DNA of 64,000 nucleotides. Source: Octopus vulgaris (Eukaryota). The position numbers and the translations under genes were made by a program. The notes below the pieces were generated by a model, which did no database searches, was not told the DNA's origin, and saw only the letters and a list, made by a program, of their open reading frames with translations. Numbering within the stretch: the first letter of the stretch is position 1; each line of letters opens with the position of its first letter. The stretch covers positions 20,832,001 to 20,896,000 of the forward strand of contig OX597820.1 of NCBI GenBank assembly GCA_951406725.2. Direction: 5' to 3'. Shown here piece after piece: positions 24,893 to 37,105 of this stretch.

Positions 24893-25312
24893 AGGCGCAG
24901 GAGTGGCTGTGTGGGAAGTATCTTGCTTACCAACCACATGGTTCCGTGTTCATTCCCACTGTGTGGCACCTTGGGGAAGTGTCTTCTACTATAGCCTCGG
25001 GCCGACCAAAGCCTTGTGAGTGGATTTGGTAGATGGAAACAGAAGGAAGCCCGTCGTATATATATATGTGTGTGCGTATATATATATATATATGTACGTG
25101 TGTGTTTATATCTGTGTTTGTCCCCCCAAAATCTCTTGACAACCAATGCTGGTGTGTTTACGTCCCCGTACCTTAGCAGTTCGGCAAAAGAGACCGATAG
25201 AATAAGTACTAGGCTTACAAAGAATAAGTCCTGGGGTTGATTTGCTCGACTAAAGGTGGTGCTCCAGCATGGCTGCAGTCAAATGACTGAAACAAGTAAA
25301 AGAGCAAAAGAG
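24893..25312 (+). mobile_element. SINE family A
   Basis: Full head-microsatellite-tail structure. Confidence 0.85.
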
Positions 25313-25854
25313 ATATGTAAATTTTGAGATTCTTAAAAACAGTAAAATGCAACATATATCCTATGATCATATTGTAGTATTTACTATCGTGAAACAGTGT
25401 GTCCTCTGAAAATCAAGAATATAATATATAATTAGTAACGTTAGAATACGTATACAAGGACAGCTAGTACCTAAATGAACTAAGAAGGGGATGTGAAAAT
25501 GTCAAAGATTTTGGATTAGGGTAGGTTAAAACATGCATGACATGAATTTAGAGAAATATGAAATTATTGTGTGACAAAATCTCATTTGCTTTTAAACAGA
25601 CTAAAAAATTAAAATTAATGATGTAATTTAAAAATGCAGATATTTGTATACATTAACACAACATTTAAAATATAGATTGATTGCTATATATACATCTAAA
25701 AAGAGAAGAAAATGCACGGAGAACTACATACATATAAATATACACATGTCAATTATATACTTTTTATTTATTATTTTGTACATTACTTAATTATTGGTAT
25801 ATGTTTTTATCTTATATTTAATTATTTTCTAAATGGTATAGGCGTTTAGAGTGT

Positions 25855-26019
25855 AGGCGTAGGGGTGGCTGTGTGGTAAGTAGCTTGCTTACAAACCACA
25901 TGGTTCTGGGTTCAGTCCCAAGGTGTGGTACCTCGGCAAGTATCTTCTACTATAGCCTCGTGCTGACCAAAGCCTTGTGAGTGGATTTGGTAGACGGAAA
26001 CTGAAAGAAGCTCGTCGTA

Positions 26020-26082
<63 letters not shown>

Positions 26083-26290
26083 ATGCTTGAGTGTCTGTGT
26101 TTGTCCCCCAACATCGTTTGAGAACCAATGCTGGTGTGTTTACGGCCCCATAAGTTAGCGGTTCAGCAAAAGAGACTGATAGAATAAGTACTAGGCTTAC
26201 AAAGAATAAGTCCTGTGGTTGATTTGCTCGACTAAAGGCAGTGCTCTAGCATGGCCACAGTCACATGACTGAAACAAGTAAAAGAGAGAG
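25855..26290 (+). mobile_element. SINE family A
   Basis: Full head-microsatellite-tail structure. Confidence 0.85.
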
Positions 26291-26371
26291 ATATAATTTA
26301 ATTATATCATTGCTATTTCATTGTCGAATTGATAAAAGGTGTTTTTTTTCTAATTTATATACATATATATA

Positions 26372-26403
<32 letters not shown>

Positions 26404-26477
26404 AATTAAATAATATATATATAAATTAAATTAGCGATATATATATATATATATATACATGTATATATATACACATA

Positions 26478-26516
<39 letters not shown>

Positions 26517-26980
26517 ATATATACATATATATTCCGAATAATTGTCACATATTACATTTACAGATATATATAATATATCTATATCTATATATAACATACG
26601 AGCATGGAGTGAGCAGGACTTTTATTTCATTGATTTACAATTGTTTCCTCAAAATTCTATCCCGGAAGGATTAACTATAGTGATGTCTGTTTTGGCAGCT
26701 GATGATGGGTACACACATATTTGTTATGCTTGTTTGTGGATTCATAATTTGTGGGGATTGCTTACTATGGTATTGTTTGGTTTTCATAAATAACCTGATT
26801 AGGCTAGGACAATGCTTAGATACTGGTGTCTAGTTTTGGGAGGCTCTATGGCATATATTATAAAGCAATATGCAACCACTGATACATGAGGCATCTTAGA
26901 CACAAAATTGAAGATTAATTCTTCAGAATCATGAACATTATTGTCAAATAATATGGGTGCAGGTATGGCCGTGTGGTAAC

Positions 26981-27378
26981 AGGTGCAGGAGTGACTGTGT
27001 GGTAAGTAGCTTGCTTACCAACCACATGGTTCTGGGTTCAGTCCCACTGCATGGCACCCTGGGCAAGTGTCTTCTACTATAGCCTTGGGTCGACCAAAGC
27101 CTTATGAGTGGATTTGGTAGACGGAAACTGAAAGAAGCCTGTCATATATATGTATATTTATATATATGTGTGTGTTTGTGCCCCCAACATCGCTTGACAA
27201 CCGACGCAGGTGTGTTTACATCCCCACAACTTATTGGTTCGGCAAAAGAGACCGATAGAATAAGTACTAGGCTTACAAAGAATAAATCCTGGGGTCGATT
27301 TGTTCAACTAAAGGCGGTACTCCAGCATGGCCGCAGTCAAATGACTGAAACAAGTAAAAGAGTAAAAGAGAGAGAGAG
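26981..27378 (+). mobile_element. SINE family A (head start duplicated at 26955-26980)
   Basis: Full head-microsatellite-tail structure. Confidence 0.85.
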
Positions 27379-27622
27379 TAATGCTTCTGAAATCAACTTT
27401 TGAGGTAAGAATTGTAAATTAACAAAATAAAAGGATTTGCTTACTCTGTTCTCCATGGTTATAGTTGTAGATTTTTGTCAATTTTTTGGCATGTGTGTGA
27501 CATAACAAATAATCTCTGAATTATCATTTATCTCATGGCTTGGATCCATGGATGAGCTTTGTAGGGTAACCTCTAGGGTCACCACCTAAATGAAATTATC
27601 TATATCATCATGATATACATTG

Positions 27623-28281
27623 TCATCATCATCATCATTTAGCGTCCGCTTTCCATGCTAGCATGGGTTGGACGGTTCAACTGGGGTCTGGGAGGCCAGA
27701 AGACTGCACCAGGCCCAGTCTGATCTGGCAATGTTTCTACGGCTGGATGCCCTTCCTAACGCCAACCACTCCATGAGTGTAGTGGGTGCTTTTTACGTTC
27801 CACCGGCACAGGTGCCAGACGGGGCTGGCAAACGGCCACGGTCAGATGGTGCTTTTTATGTGCCACCGGCACGGGGGCCAGGCGGGGCTGGCAATGGCCA
27901 CGATCGGATGGTGCTTTTTACATGCCACCAGCACGAAGGCTAGGCCAGGCTGGCAACGGCTACGTTCAGATGGTTCGCTTACGTACCACCGGCACTGGTA
28001 TCACAGCTGCAATTTCCATTGATGTTGATCGATTTCGATTTTGATTCTCACTTGCCTCAACAGGTCTTCACAAGTAGAGTTTTGTGTCCCAAGAAGGAAA
28101 GGTATGCATAAGTGGACTGGCTACATCCCAGGTAGAGGCCATGGGTTATGGTCTCACTTGTCCTGCCGGGTCTTCTCACACACAGCATACTTCCATAGGT
28201 CTCGGTCTCTAGTTATTTCCTCGGTGACACCTAAAGTTCGAAGGTCGTGCTTCACTACCTGGTCCCAGATTTTCCTGGGTC
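27623..28281 (-). mobile_element. 5'-truncated RTE LINE (ORF2 tail, 3' UTR, (ATG)n tail)
   Basis: Minus strand from 28281 translates RPRKIWDQVVKHDLRTLGVTEEITRDRDLWKYAV, an RTE-type ORF2 C-terminus; identifies family E as RTE 3' ends. Confidence 0.8.
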
Positions 28282-28340
28282 TATATATGATATATATTTT
28301 ATCATATGTATAATATGTATATTATCATATATATAATATA

Positions 28341-28556
28341 CGAGAGGTGTGCTGAAAAGTTCCCAGCTTTGGGTAGAAGAAAATACAGGAGGATCAGCTA
28401 ATTATGATTCTATACAACACATTCCTCTCTCAGATTCACACACTTATTGCAGAGGTCCTTCAGTTTTTCTAAGCCCTGTAAAAGAAATTAGAATGTTAGG
28501 CCTCCAGCCTGGCCTTTTGCAATATTCTTCAAACCAAGAACTTTTCAGCACCCCTA
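28341..28556. mobile_element. Mariner-type MITE
   Basis: TA-cgagaggtgtgctgaaaagttc ... gaacttttcagcacccct-ATA; sister at 38639-38856. Confidence 0.75.
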
Positions 28557-29256
28557 TATATATCATCATATATACATATATGTGGAGACATGTGGCTTAG
28601 TGGTTAGGGTGTCAGCACCGTGATCGTAAGATTGTGGTTTCGATTCCTGGACCGGGCGACGCGTTGTGTTCTTGAGCAAAACACTTCATTTCACATTGCT
28701 CCAGTTCACTCAGCTGGTAAAAATGAGTAACGCTGCGATGGACTGGTGTCCCGTCCAGCTAGGGAACACATATGCCATAGAAACCGGGAAACTGGGCCCA
28801 TTAGCCTGGCTAGGCTTTAAAAAGAGCTCATGTATTTTTTTTATATACATATATAACATCACACACACATATATATATGAGTGTGTGTGTTGTGTGTGTG
28901 CACGGGGTGTCTTTGCATCTGTGTTTTTCCACCACTACTTGACAACCAGTGTTGGTTTGTTTATATTCTCATAACTTAATGATTTGGCAAAAGTAACTGA
29001 TACAGTAAGTACCAGACTTATGAAATAAGTATTGGGGTTGATTTGTTTGACTAAAACCCTTTGATGCAGTGCCCCGGCATGGCCATAGTCCAATGACTGA
29101 AAACTACAGGAAAAAGATTTACCTTTGATACTTCTGCCTTGGAAGTACAACCAAAGTACGAGATGAATACTGGGAAGCAATTTCATTGGCTGCCAACCTG
29201 TGCCAAACTGCAAGGGGCCAGTAGAATACAACACAACTACAAACTTCTCAAAGCAA

Positions 29257-29680
29257 TTATTTCTTATTTCTTTATTGCCCACAAGGGGCAAAACATAGAG
29301 GGGACAAACAAGGACAGACAAACGGATTAAGTCAATTACATCGACCCCAGTGCGTAACTGGTACTTAATTTATCGACCTCGAAAGGATGAAAGGCAAAGT
29401 TGACCTCGGCTGAATTTGAACTCAGAACGTAATGGCAGACGAAATACCTATTTCTTTACTACTCACAAGGGGTTAAACACAGAGGGGACGAACAAGAACA
29501 GACAAATGGATTAAGTCGATTACATCGACCCCAGTGCATAACTGGTACTTAATTTATCGATCCTGAAAGGATGAAAGGCAAAGTTGAGCTCGGTGGAATT
29601 TGAACTCAGAACATAGCGCAGACGAAATACTGCTAAGCATTTCGCCCAGTGTGCTAACATTTCTGCCAGCTCACTACCTT
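29257..29680 (-). mobile_element. SINE family B (Nin-domain-like core) with duplicated 3' part
   Basis: Core gcctttcatcctttc..ggtcgataaattaagtacc present twice; relatives at 40843-41240, 48175-48408, 50731-51645, 54826-55055. Confidence 0.75.
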
Positions 29681-29861
29681 TAGTTCTCCTACAAGCAACA
29701 ATTTCAATGGATGTTCATGTTTGGTCATTGAAATGTAACAAGTTCCATCAAAAGCTTTAAGGACAGCTGGCAGAAGTTGATTCATACTACAAGGGCTACT
29801 CACCAGCCAAGTATCTACACCAACATATTCAAATAAACAAGAGAAATGGCTGATCTGTTGT

Positions 29862-30065
<204 letters not shown>

Positions 30066-30734
30066 TATGTGAATAATGAATTGTGTCAAATGAATGAGAG
30101 ACGATGTTGTAGAGTATATGGTTTATTAAAATTGAATGTTTATTTTGCAATCTGATTTTCATGCCGCTGTGGATTTCAGGCATGAACATTCTCACCTGAA
30201 GATTGCAGTGGCATGAAACTTGAAGAGTGAGATAACCATTCAGTTTTGATAAACTACATTAAGATACATTGTTGTCTGAGTATAAGGATCATAGATTGAC
30301 ACTATATGAAAGACAGAGTTTATGATCCATGCTTACACGGATATTACATGTATAGATTTCTAGTTGACAGGTAAATGTTTCCATTGGAACAAAAACTATC
30401 ATCATCCAATTTACATTACACAACACAATCTTGATTCTGTTTTGCCTTTTTTTTTCAACAAATATTGTGAGGTGAGATCAAAAGGAAAATAAGAGAAAAA
30501 TTAATGAAGAAATATATAGAAATATTCCAGTTTGTTTTTGACATCTGATATGTTATCAAGGATATTTCTAAAATACAAACCCCAATGAGTGTCAAGAAAT
30601 AATATTTGTTTAAAAAAAAAGGAAAAAAGGGGAAAAAGATAAAGAAAAAATGTTTGATGATAATTAAACATAGAACTACATATAAAGTTACAATTATCTT
30701 TCATGATACTATTTTTGAAATATTAAAATGATAT

Positions 30735-31035
30735 AAACAGTTGCAGTGTGGAAGGTGTTTATAAGCCATTTAAGAAACACACAAAAACCGTTAGATTCAC
30801 TTCAACATTTAAATTTAATTTGCCAAAATATTTTCGCCGCTTTGAGATCGCGACCTGTTCACTGACAAAACTCCGTGCTGTATCATTTGACAAATTAAAT
30901 TTAAATGTTGAAGTGAATTTAACGGTTTTTGCATGTTTCTTAAATGGCTTATAAACACCTTCTACGCAGCAATTGTTTTCGTTCCAGCACGCAATCTCAG
31001 ATCAGGTCACTTGCTATGCAAGTATATCTCCGTAA
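30735..31035. mobile_element. Penelope-like inverted terminal structure (arms 30735-30827 and 30886-30979)
   Basis: About 93-bp inverted arms around a hammerhead-like core; right arm extends further; PLE identity inferred. Confidence 0.6.
30819..30869 (-). ncRNA. Candidate minimal type I hammerhead ribozyme with G3:C8 core
   Basis: Minus strand: uuuguca-GUGAACA-g-gucgc[gaucucaaa]gcggc-GAAA-auau-UU-uggcaaa; 7-bp stem I, 5-bp stem II, one-bp stem III with palindromic loop. Confidence 0.6.
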
Positions 31036-32208
31036 AATAATATAAACTTTTATCAATAAATTGAATAAAGAATTCAAATTTTTTTGTTTTAATTAAAATT
31101 AATGAGATTCTGATAATGTCATAGACTTTTCTCTTTCGTCCTCAAAGATCATCTCCAATAAAATGCAGTGTTGAATTCTATCTGAAATGCTGTTTATAGT
31201 AGGAAGACAGGTTTATAAAATGCTCAGCTTCTTCTGTGATGCCATTTTCATTGAAGGAGTAAATATTTGCATAAGTTTTAAATGCTTATCATAATAAGAA
31301 ATGCAATACAGAAATGCATAAGGGACTCTCATTTCTGAGCATTGTCAAAAATGTTTCATCATAACAAATATAGTTATTCCCCTTGATTAAAAGAAATCCA
31401 CTTAAAAGCTCCAGCATATGAAACTGCCGGATCTGTTCAGGTTTGGGCACAGATTTTTTAATTAAATTTTTTTTAACTAAACAGATTGAGACATCGTATA
31501 CTGGTGGTGACATTTAGTAGAGATGACCCAGAAGTTGTTCCTCTTCAATTACTATCACAAACAGCAGTAGCTTTCTTCAGCTGGATACACATTGTTGACT
31601 GGTTGAAATTACCCAAAGACAACTTTAACACAAAATAACTTTTAAAATATCAAATTTTATCAAAAATGGTCAAAGTAAACCATGTTCTGTGTGAGACATT
31701 CCACCAGTATACAAAATTTCAAACTGTTTAGTCAAAAGACATTAATTAAAAAAAATCTGTGAGCCAAATCAAACAGATCCAAACTGCTTCTCTAGGAAAA
31801 TGAATTCTTAAAATTTAGGGACACTTAATACACACATGCACTCAAATATATACACACATGGTATTATATACATCTTTTTTTTTCTAATTTTAAAGAAAGA
31901 GAAATTCAATATCCACGTTTCTTTAAACAACTTGATTTTTACTAATAATCAGTCACATTATTTGTCTTTAAGAAAACCATAAATAAGGATGAATGCTTGC
32001 AAAGTATTTCTGTCAGTAATATGCACTGATAAAAGTTATTTAATAAATGCAGAATGGGTTTCATATTTACATTTCCTAACCCAGGTGCTGGTTTATTTAG
32101 AAGACTGTTTATTTTTTTATTTTCCTTGATTAAAAATTTTTTTTAATCCATTATAAATCTTTGAATATATAACTAAATGAGTTTCTTTTTAACTGGCACT
32201 CTTTGATA

Positions 32209-32296
32209 TCATCTGCAACATGATGATTTCTTAACAGGTTCACTCTTCAGTTCCAAAACTTTTTCCAGTTCTTCGTCCTCTTTCTCTTTCAAAACA
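32209..32296 (-). CDS. Rab44/Rab46(CRACR2A)-like GTPase, last exon (VLKEKEDEELEKVLELKSEPVKKSSCCR*)
   Basis: Acceptor at 32297-32298; phase 2; TGA 32209-32211; C-terminal CC prenylation motif similar to CRACR2A KKKSCCG. Confidence 0.88.
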
Positions 32297-32714
32297 CTGA
32301 AAAGTGAATAAAAATAGATAAATAAATAAATAAATAAATAATGTTTCCCTTAACTGTAACAAAAAACAAAACAAAACAAAAATTGCTTGCTTTAAGCCTT
32401 CAGGTCCCTTAGGCTCTGGAGCATAGTCCAGTCTCCACAGAATTTAAGCAACTGAGAATGAAAGATTCCCTTCATAAGAGAACAATTGCTGCAAGGTTAA
32501 TTCCTCTCCCCATACCCTCTAGCAATTGCTCTTTGGACTCATTTTCAGCTGAGTGGATTAAAGTAATGTGAAAGGAAGTCCTTGCTCAAGAACACAATGA
32601 ACCACCATGTTAGAGAATTGACCAGCCCCATGACCTAACAATGAGCCCCTCACCTAAACCACCACATGATATACCTTCACTTAAATTAAGATCAAGAAAT
32701 AGGCAGAGGTGCAG

Positions 32715-33426
32715 GGATCTTAACCTTTTGACCAACAGATTTTTTAAATAATTTTTCGTAACTAAACACTTTCAAACTTCGGACACTGGTAGAATGTGTC
32801 ATATAAAACATCTTTTACTCTAAGCGTTTTTGAGAAAAACTTATATTTACGAAGTAATTTCACGTCAAAGTAGGCCTATTTCGGTCATTTCAACCAATCA
32901 ATGATGTGTATTCAGCTGAATAAAATTACTGCCATTGTTTGTCAACAACAACTATCGACGTTGTATTTTTCGTTTGTCACTGTTATTTATGACAACCCTA
33001 ACCTTAAAACCATAACCCTAACCCTAAAACCTTAACCTTAACCCTAAAACCCTAACCCTAAAACCTTAACCCTAACCCTAGCCCTAAAACCTTAACCTTA
33101 ACCCTAACCCTAAAAATCCTAATCCTAACCCTAAAACCTTAAAGCTAAAACCAGTACAAACGCACGAACGATAAATACACCTCTGATAGTTGTTGCTGAC
33201 AAACAACGGCAGTAATTTTATTCAGCTGAATACACATCATTGATTGGTTGAAATTACCGAGATAGGCCTACTTTGACGTGAAATTACTTCGTAAATATAA
33301 GTTTATCTCAAAAATGCTAAGAGTAAAACATGTTTTATATGACACATTCTACCAGTGTCCAAAGTTTGAAAATGTTTAGTTACAAAAAATTATTTTTAAA
33401 ATCTGTACGTCAAAAGGTAAAGATCC
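32715..33426. mobile_element. Long-TIR MITE (Merlin/MULE-like) with internal telomere-like repeats
   Basis: About 260-bp TIRs GGATCT...AGATCC; flanks gaggtgcag / taggtgcag (9-bp TSD with 1 mismatch); degenerate (TAACCC)n at 32995-33150. Confidence 0.8.
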
Positions 33427-33597
33427 TAGGTGCAGTTTGGTGTTCAAGAAGCTTGCTTTGCAAGCCAGTGCTCCAGCATGGCCGCAGTCCAATGATTGGT
33501 ACATAAATCAAATGTATTTAATTTCAAAAGAAACAGAGGTTTGACAGTGATTTACAATGTTACCAATTTAATTTTGAAAGACATTTGTGCTACTTAC

Positions 33598-33674
33598 CAT
33601 GCCATAGCATGCATTGCTTCAAACACCCGGCTTCCATCTTTCGCACTTGTCTCATAAAATAGAGCATTATTTTC
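33598..33674 (-). CDS. Rab-like GTPase exon with G5 (ENNALFYETSAKDGSRVFEAMHAMA)
   Basis: AG/GTAAG boundaries; phase 0 to 2; ETSAK motif. Confidence 0.9.
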
Positions 33675-34893
33675 CTACAACAATACAAAGTATTCAGAGT
33701 CAAAAATCAAAATAAGAGAATAACAAATAGTGTATGTTTTAGGTATATTTTAACATATAGGCACAGGAGTGACTGTGTAGTAAGAAGCTTGGTTCCTAAC
33801 TACATGTTCCAGGTTCAGTTCCACTGCATGGCACCTTTGGCAAATTGTCTTCTACTATAGCTTCAGGCTAACCAAAGCTTTGTGAGTGGATTTGGTAGAT
33901 GGAAACTGAAAGAAGCTTGTCGTATATTACTGAGACCCCCTTCAGCCACAACACCGACCATGGGATTGCACGTAGAAAGTTACCCTCCCAGGCACAAGTC
34001 CGGGCAAGGTCGTTTATGGAAGACCAGCAGTCGTCCATGCATAACAGCCCCATCCCCTTCACACCACCAGTGTTATCCAAGGGAAAGATAAGGGCCGATA
34101 CAGCTTGGCACCTGTGACATCGCAATTCATTTCTACAGCTGAGTGAACTGGAGCAACATGAAATAAAGTGTCTTGCTGGTCCGGGATTCAAACTCACAAC
34201 CTCACGCTTGTAAGCTCGACGCTCTAACCACTGAGCCATGCGCCTTCACAAATCAACTATTACTTTGGTACAGTTAATCATAACTCCCATTTCTTTTCTT
34301 TTAAATTTTCATGTATTTGTCAATTGGAAGATAGAGTCGAGGGCTCAGCAGATGAGGCAAATCTGTCAAGATTTGGCTGAGGACTATGGAAGGGGATCAG
34401 GCCTAGAACAGGCTCATAATGTCAGATAAGCAGTGAGCAAACAAGTTAGGTAGAGGTCTTGCAAGGCCCAATACTCCATGATAAGTGAGAAGAAATAAAA
34501 CCAAGACTCTTAAGTTTCACGTATATAATATATCATGTCTTTGTGTCTGTGCTTGTCCCACACACACTACCACTGCTTGACAACCGGTGTTGGTTTGTTC
34601 ACATCCCCATAAATGAGCAGTTCAGCAAAAGAAACAGATAGAACAAGTGCCAGACTTAACAAAGAAACATCAGTTCCAGCATCAATTTGTTCAACTAAAA
34701 CCCTTTAAAAGGGATGCCCCAGCATGGCCGAGGTTCAATGACTAAAGCAAGTGAAAGAAGAGAGAACATTAGTACACCAACTGGAATAGTAAAATGAAAG
34801 GAATTCTGGGATGTCAGATTGGATTTCTTGTCTTATTTAGTTTGAGGCTCTTTATGTTCAGAGTTCAAATCCTACCGGATGCAGTTGGCTTAC

Positions 34894-35004
34894 CTGAGCA
34901 AGTCTGGATGCCACCTTGTACTGTTTTGAAAGCTCACTGTAATCTGTGTACAAGTCTGTTTTGTTACCAACAATAACGATAACTGTGTTTGGATCAACAG
35001 TTTC
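34894..35004 (-). CDS. Rab-like GTPase exon with G4 (ETVDPNTVIVIVGNKTDLYTDYSELSKQYKVASRLAQ)
   Basis: Strong acceptor ttttcttttcttccAG and donor GTAAG; phase 0 to 0; GNKxD motif. Confidence 0.9.
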
Positions 35005-35971
35005 CTGGAAGAAAAGAAAAAGACTGTTATGCTTAAAGACGGAGTAAATGCTTGAGCTGAGAGCAAGGAAGCGGAAAAGGAATTGAAGTAGGAGCGTAGG
35101 TAGGGAGAAAGAGATAGAGATAGAAAAAGAGGGAGAGAGAGAGAGATGGTGGGAGGAATGTGGTGTAAGATTAATGGTCTGGAGTGCAAGATGAATAAAG
35201 AGGAAGTATTTAACGGAACATTAAAACAAGAAAATTGCAGCAAAGCTGCATAATAGTGATGTCAACCATGACATGTAGACCGTCATAATTAGTTTGACAT
35301 CCACATTGCATTTTTACTCTTCACTTCCATTTTATTCTGACATATGCATTGTGTTTATATTCTTCAAGGGCATCCTGGTGTTAGGAAGGGCATCCAGCTG
35401 TAGAAACTCTGCCAGATAAGACTGGAGTCTGGTTTGTCAGACCTCAGTCAAATCGCCCAACCCATGCTAGCATGGAAAGCGGACGTTAAACGATGATGAT
35501 GATGATGACTTCCATTTTATTTTGACAAGTGCACTACATTTTTATTCTTCACTTTCATATTATTTTGATATGCGCATTGCATTTTTAATCTTCGCTTCCA
35601 TTTCATTTTGACATACACATCGAGCTTTTATCCTTCACTTCCATTTTATTTCAACAAGTGCATCGTGTTTTTATTCTACACTTAAATTTTATTCTGACAA
35701 GTCCATTGCATTTTTATTCGTCCCTTCCATTTTATGAATCCAGTATTCCTCATGCGCATTGCATGTTTATTACTTCTCTTTCAGGTTCTTACTCAAAACT
35801 CTTTACAGATCACAACCATGTCACAAACCTTGGCTGTGAGGAGCACTTCACACTCCAATATATGTGAAAGAATATTACGTAGAAGATAAGTTTGAGAGAG
35901 AAAAACAATTATTATATTATGTAAGTAGGTGTAGCTGCCACTTGCAAGCAAGTACATAAGCACAAACACAC

Positions 35972-36008
<37 letters not shown>

Positions 36009-36383
36009 TTCTGTTTTTGTCACATTTTTTTCTTTCCTTGTTTTTACCCCTCTGCAAAGGAATTTTATTTAATTCTTTCGCAGGAAGGGCTAGTTCGACA
36101 AGTCGTGTTCTGTCCTCACCTTCGAAACATGCATGGAGTCATACTAGGGACAGCTGATGAAGGGGAATTTTCCTTGTGTTGTTTGTCTTGTACTCTGTTT
36201 TTTCGTTGTTAAAAATAAGGTCCGTTTCCATGTTTGTTTTTACGTTTTCGTTTCTCGTTGAGTTCTACGTCTATTTGTGGTGTCCTGTACTCACGTATAT
36301 ATATTTATACATGCATGTATATATACATGTAGATGTAGGTACGTACATATATGTATGTATGTAGGCATATATTTTATTTATTA

Positions 36384-36439
<56 letters not shown>

Positions 36440-36569
36440 ACACATGGCACAGTCACAAGTGTGTAGTAAGATGCTTGCTTCATGACTACATGGTTCCGGG
36501 TTCAGTCGCACTTCGCAGCACCAACAGTGATGTCATGTGATAGTGGTGGGTACAAACACAGACACACAA

Positions 36570-36615
<46 letters not shown>

Positions 36616-36990
36616 ATGTATATACATGATGGGCTTCTTTCAGTGTCTACCTACCTCATCCACTAACAATGCTTTGGTCAACTCATGGCTATAGCAGAAG
36701 ACAGTTTCCGAAGGTGCCATGCAGTGGGACTGAACCCGAAACCATGTGTTTGGGAAGCAAGCTTCTTACCACACAGCCATTCTTGTGTTTGTGTACATTT
36801 ATATAATTTAGTGGTTAAGAGACTTATAGTTTACCAGACTTAGAAATAAAAATAATGTACTGTGGTTGATTTGTTAATTAAAACCCTTCAAGGTGGTACC
36901 CCCAGTATGGCTGCAGTCCAATGATCAAAACAAGTAGAAGGAAAAAGGTTCAAATGATGCAAATGCTGTATAAATGGCTTTTCTACTTAC

Positions 36991-37105
36991 ATTCACACTT
37001 GTTAACCAGTTACGAACATTAATTAAGGAGTGCTCAGAAGTTACATCATACATAATCAAAACACCATCTGCCTTCCGAAAGTACTGCTTTGTGATGCTGC
37101 GAAAT
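36991..37105 (-). CDS. Rab-like GTPase exon ([38 protein letters not shown])
   Basis: Within ORF 36925-37173; RabF3-F5 motifs; FRKADG typical of Rab44/45/46; phase 2 to 0. Confidence 0.92.

Noticed and set aside
32995-33150. True telomere or chromosome-fusion relic
   Set aside because: Short, degenerate and enclosed by TIRs with a TSD
36117-36175. Possible type II hammerhead (ccttcGAAAcatgcatggaGTC...CTGATGAagggg)
   Set aside because: Core motifs are present but the segment between GTC and CTGATGA cannot form stem I
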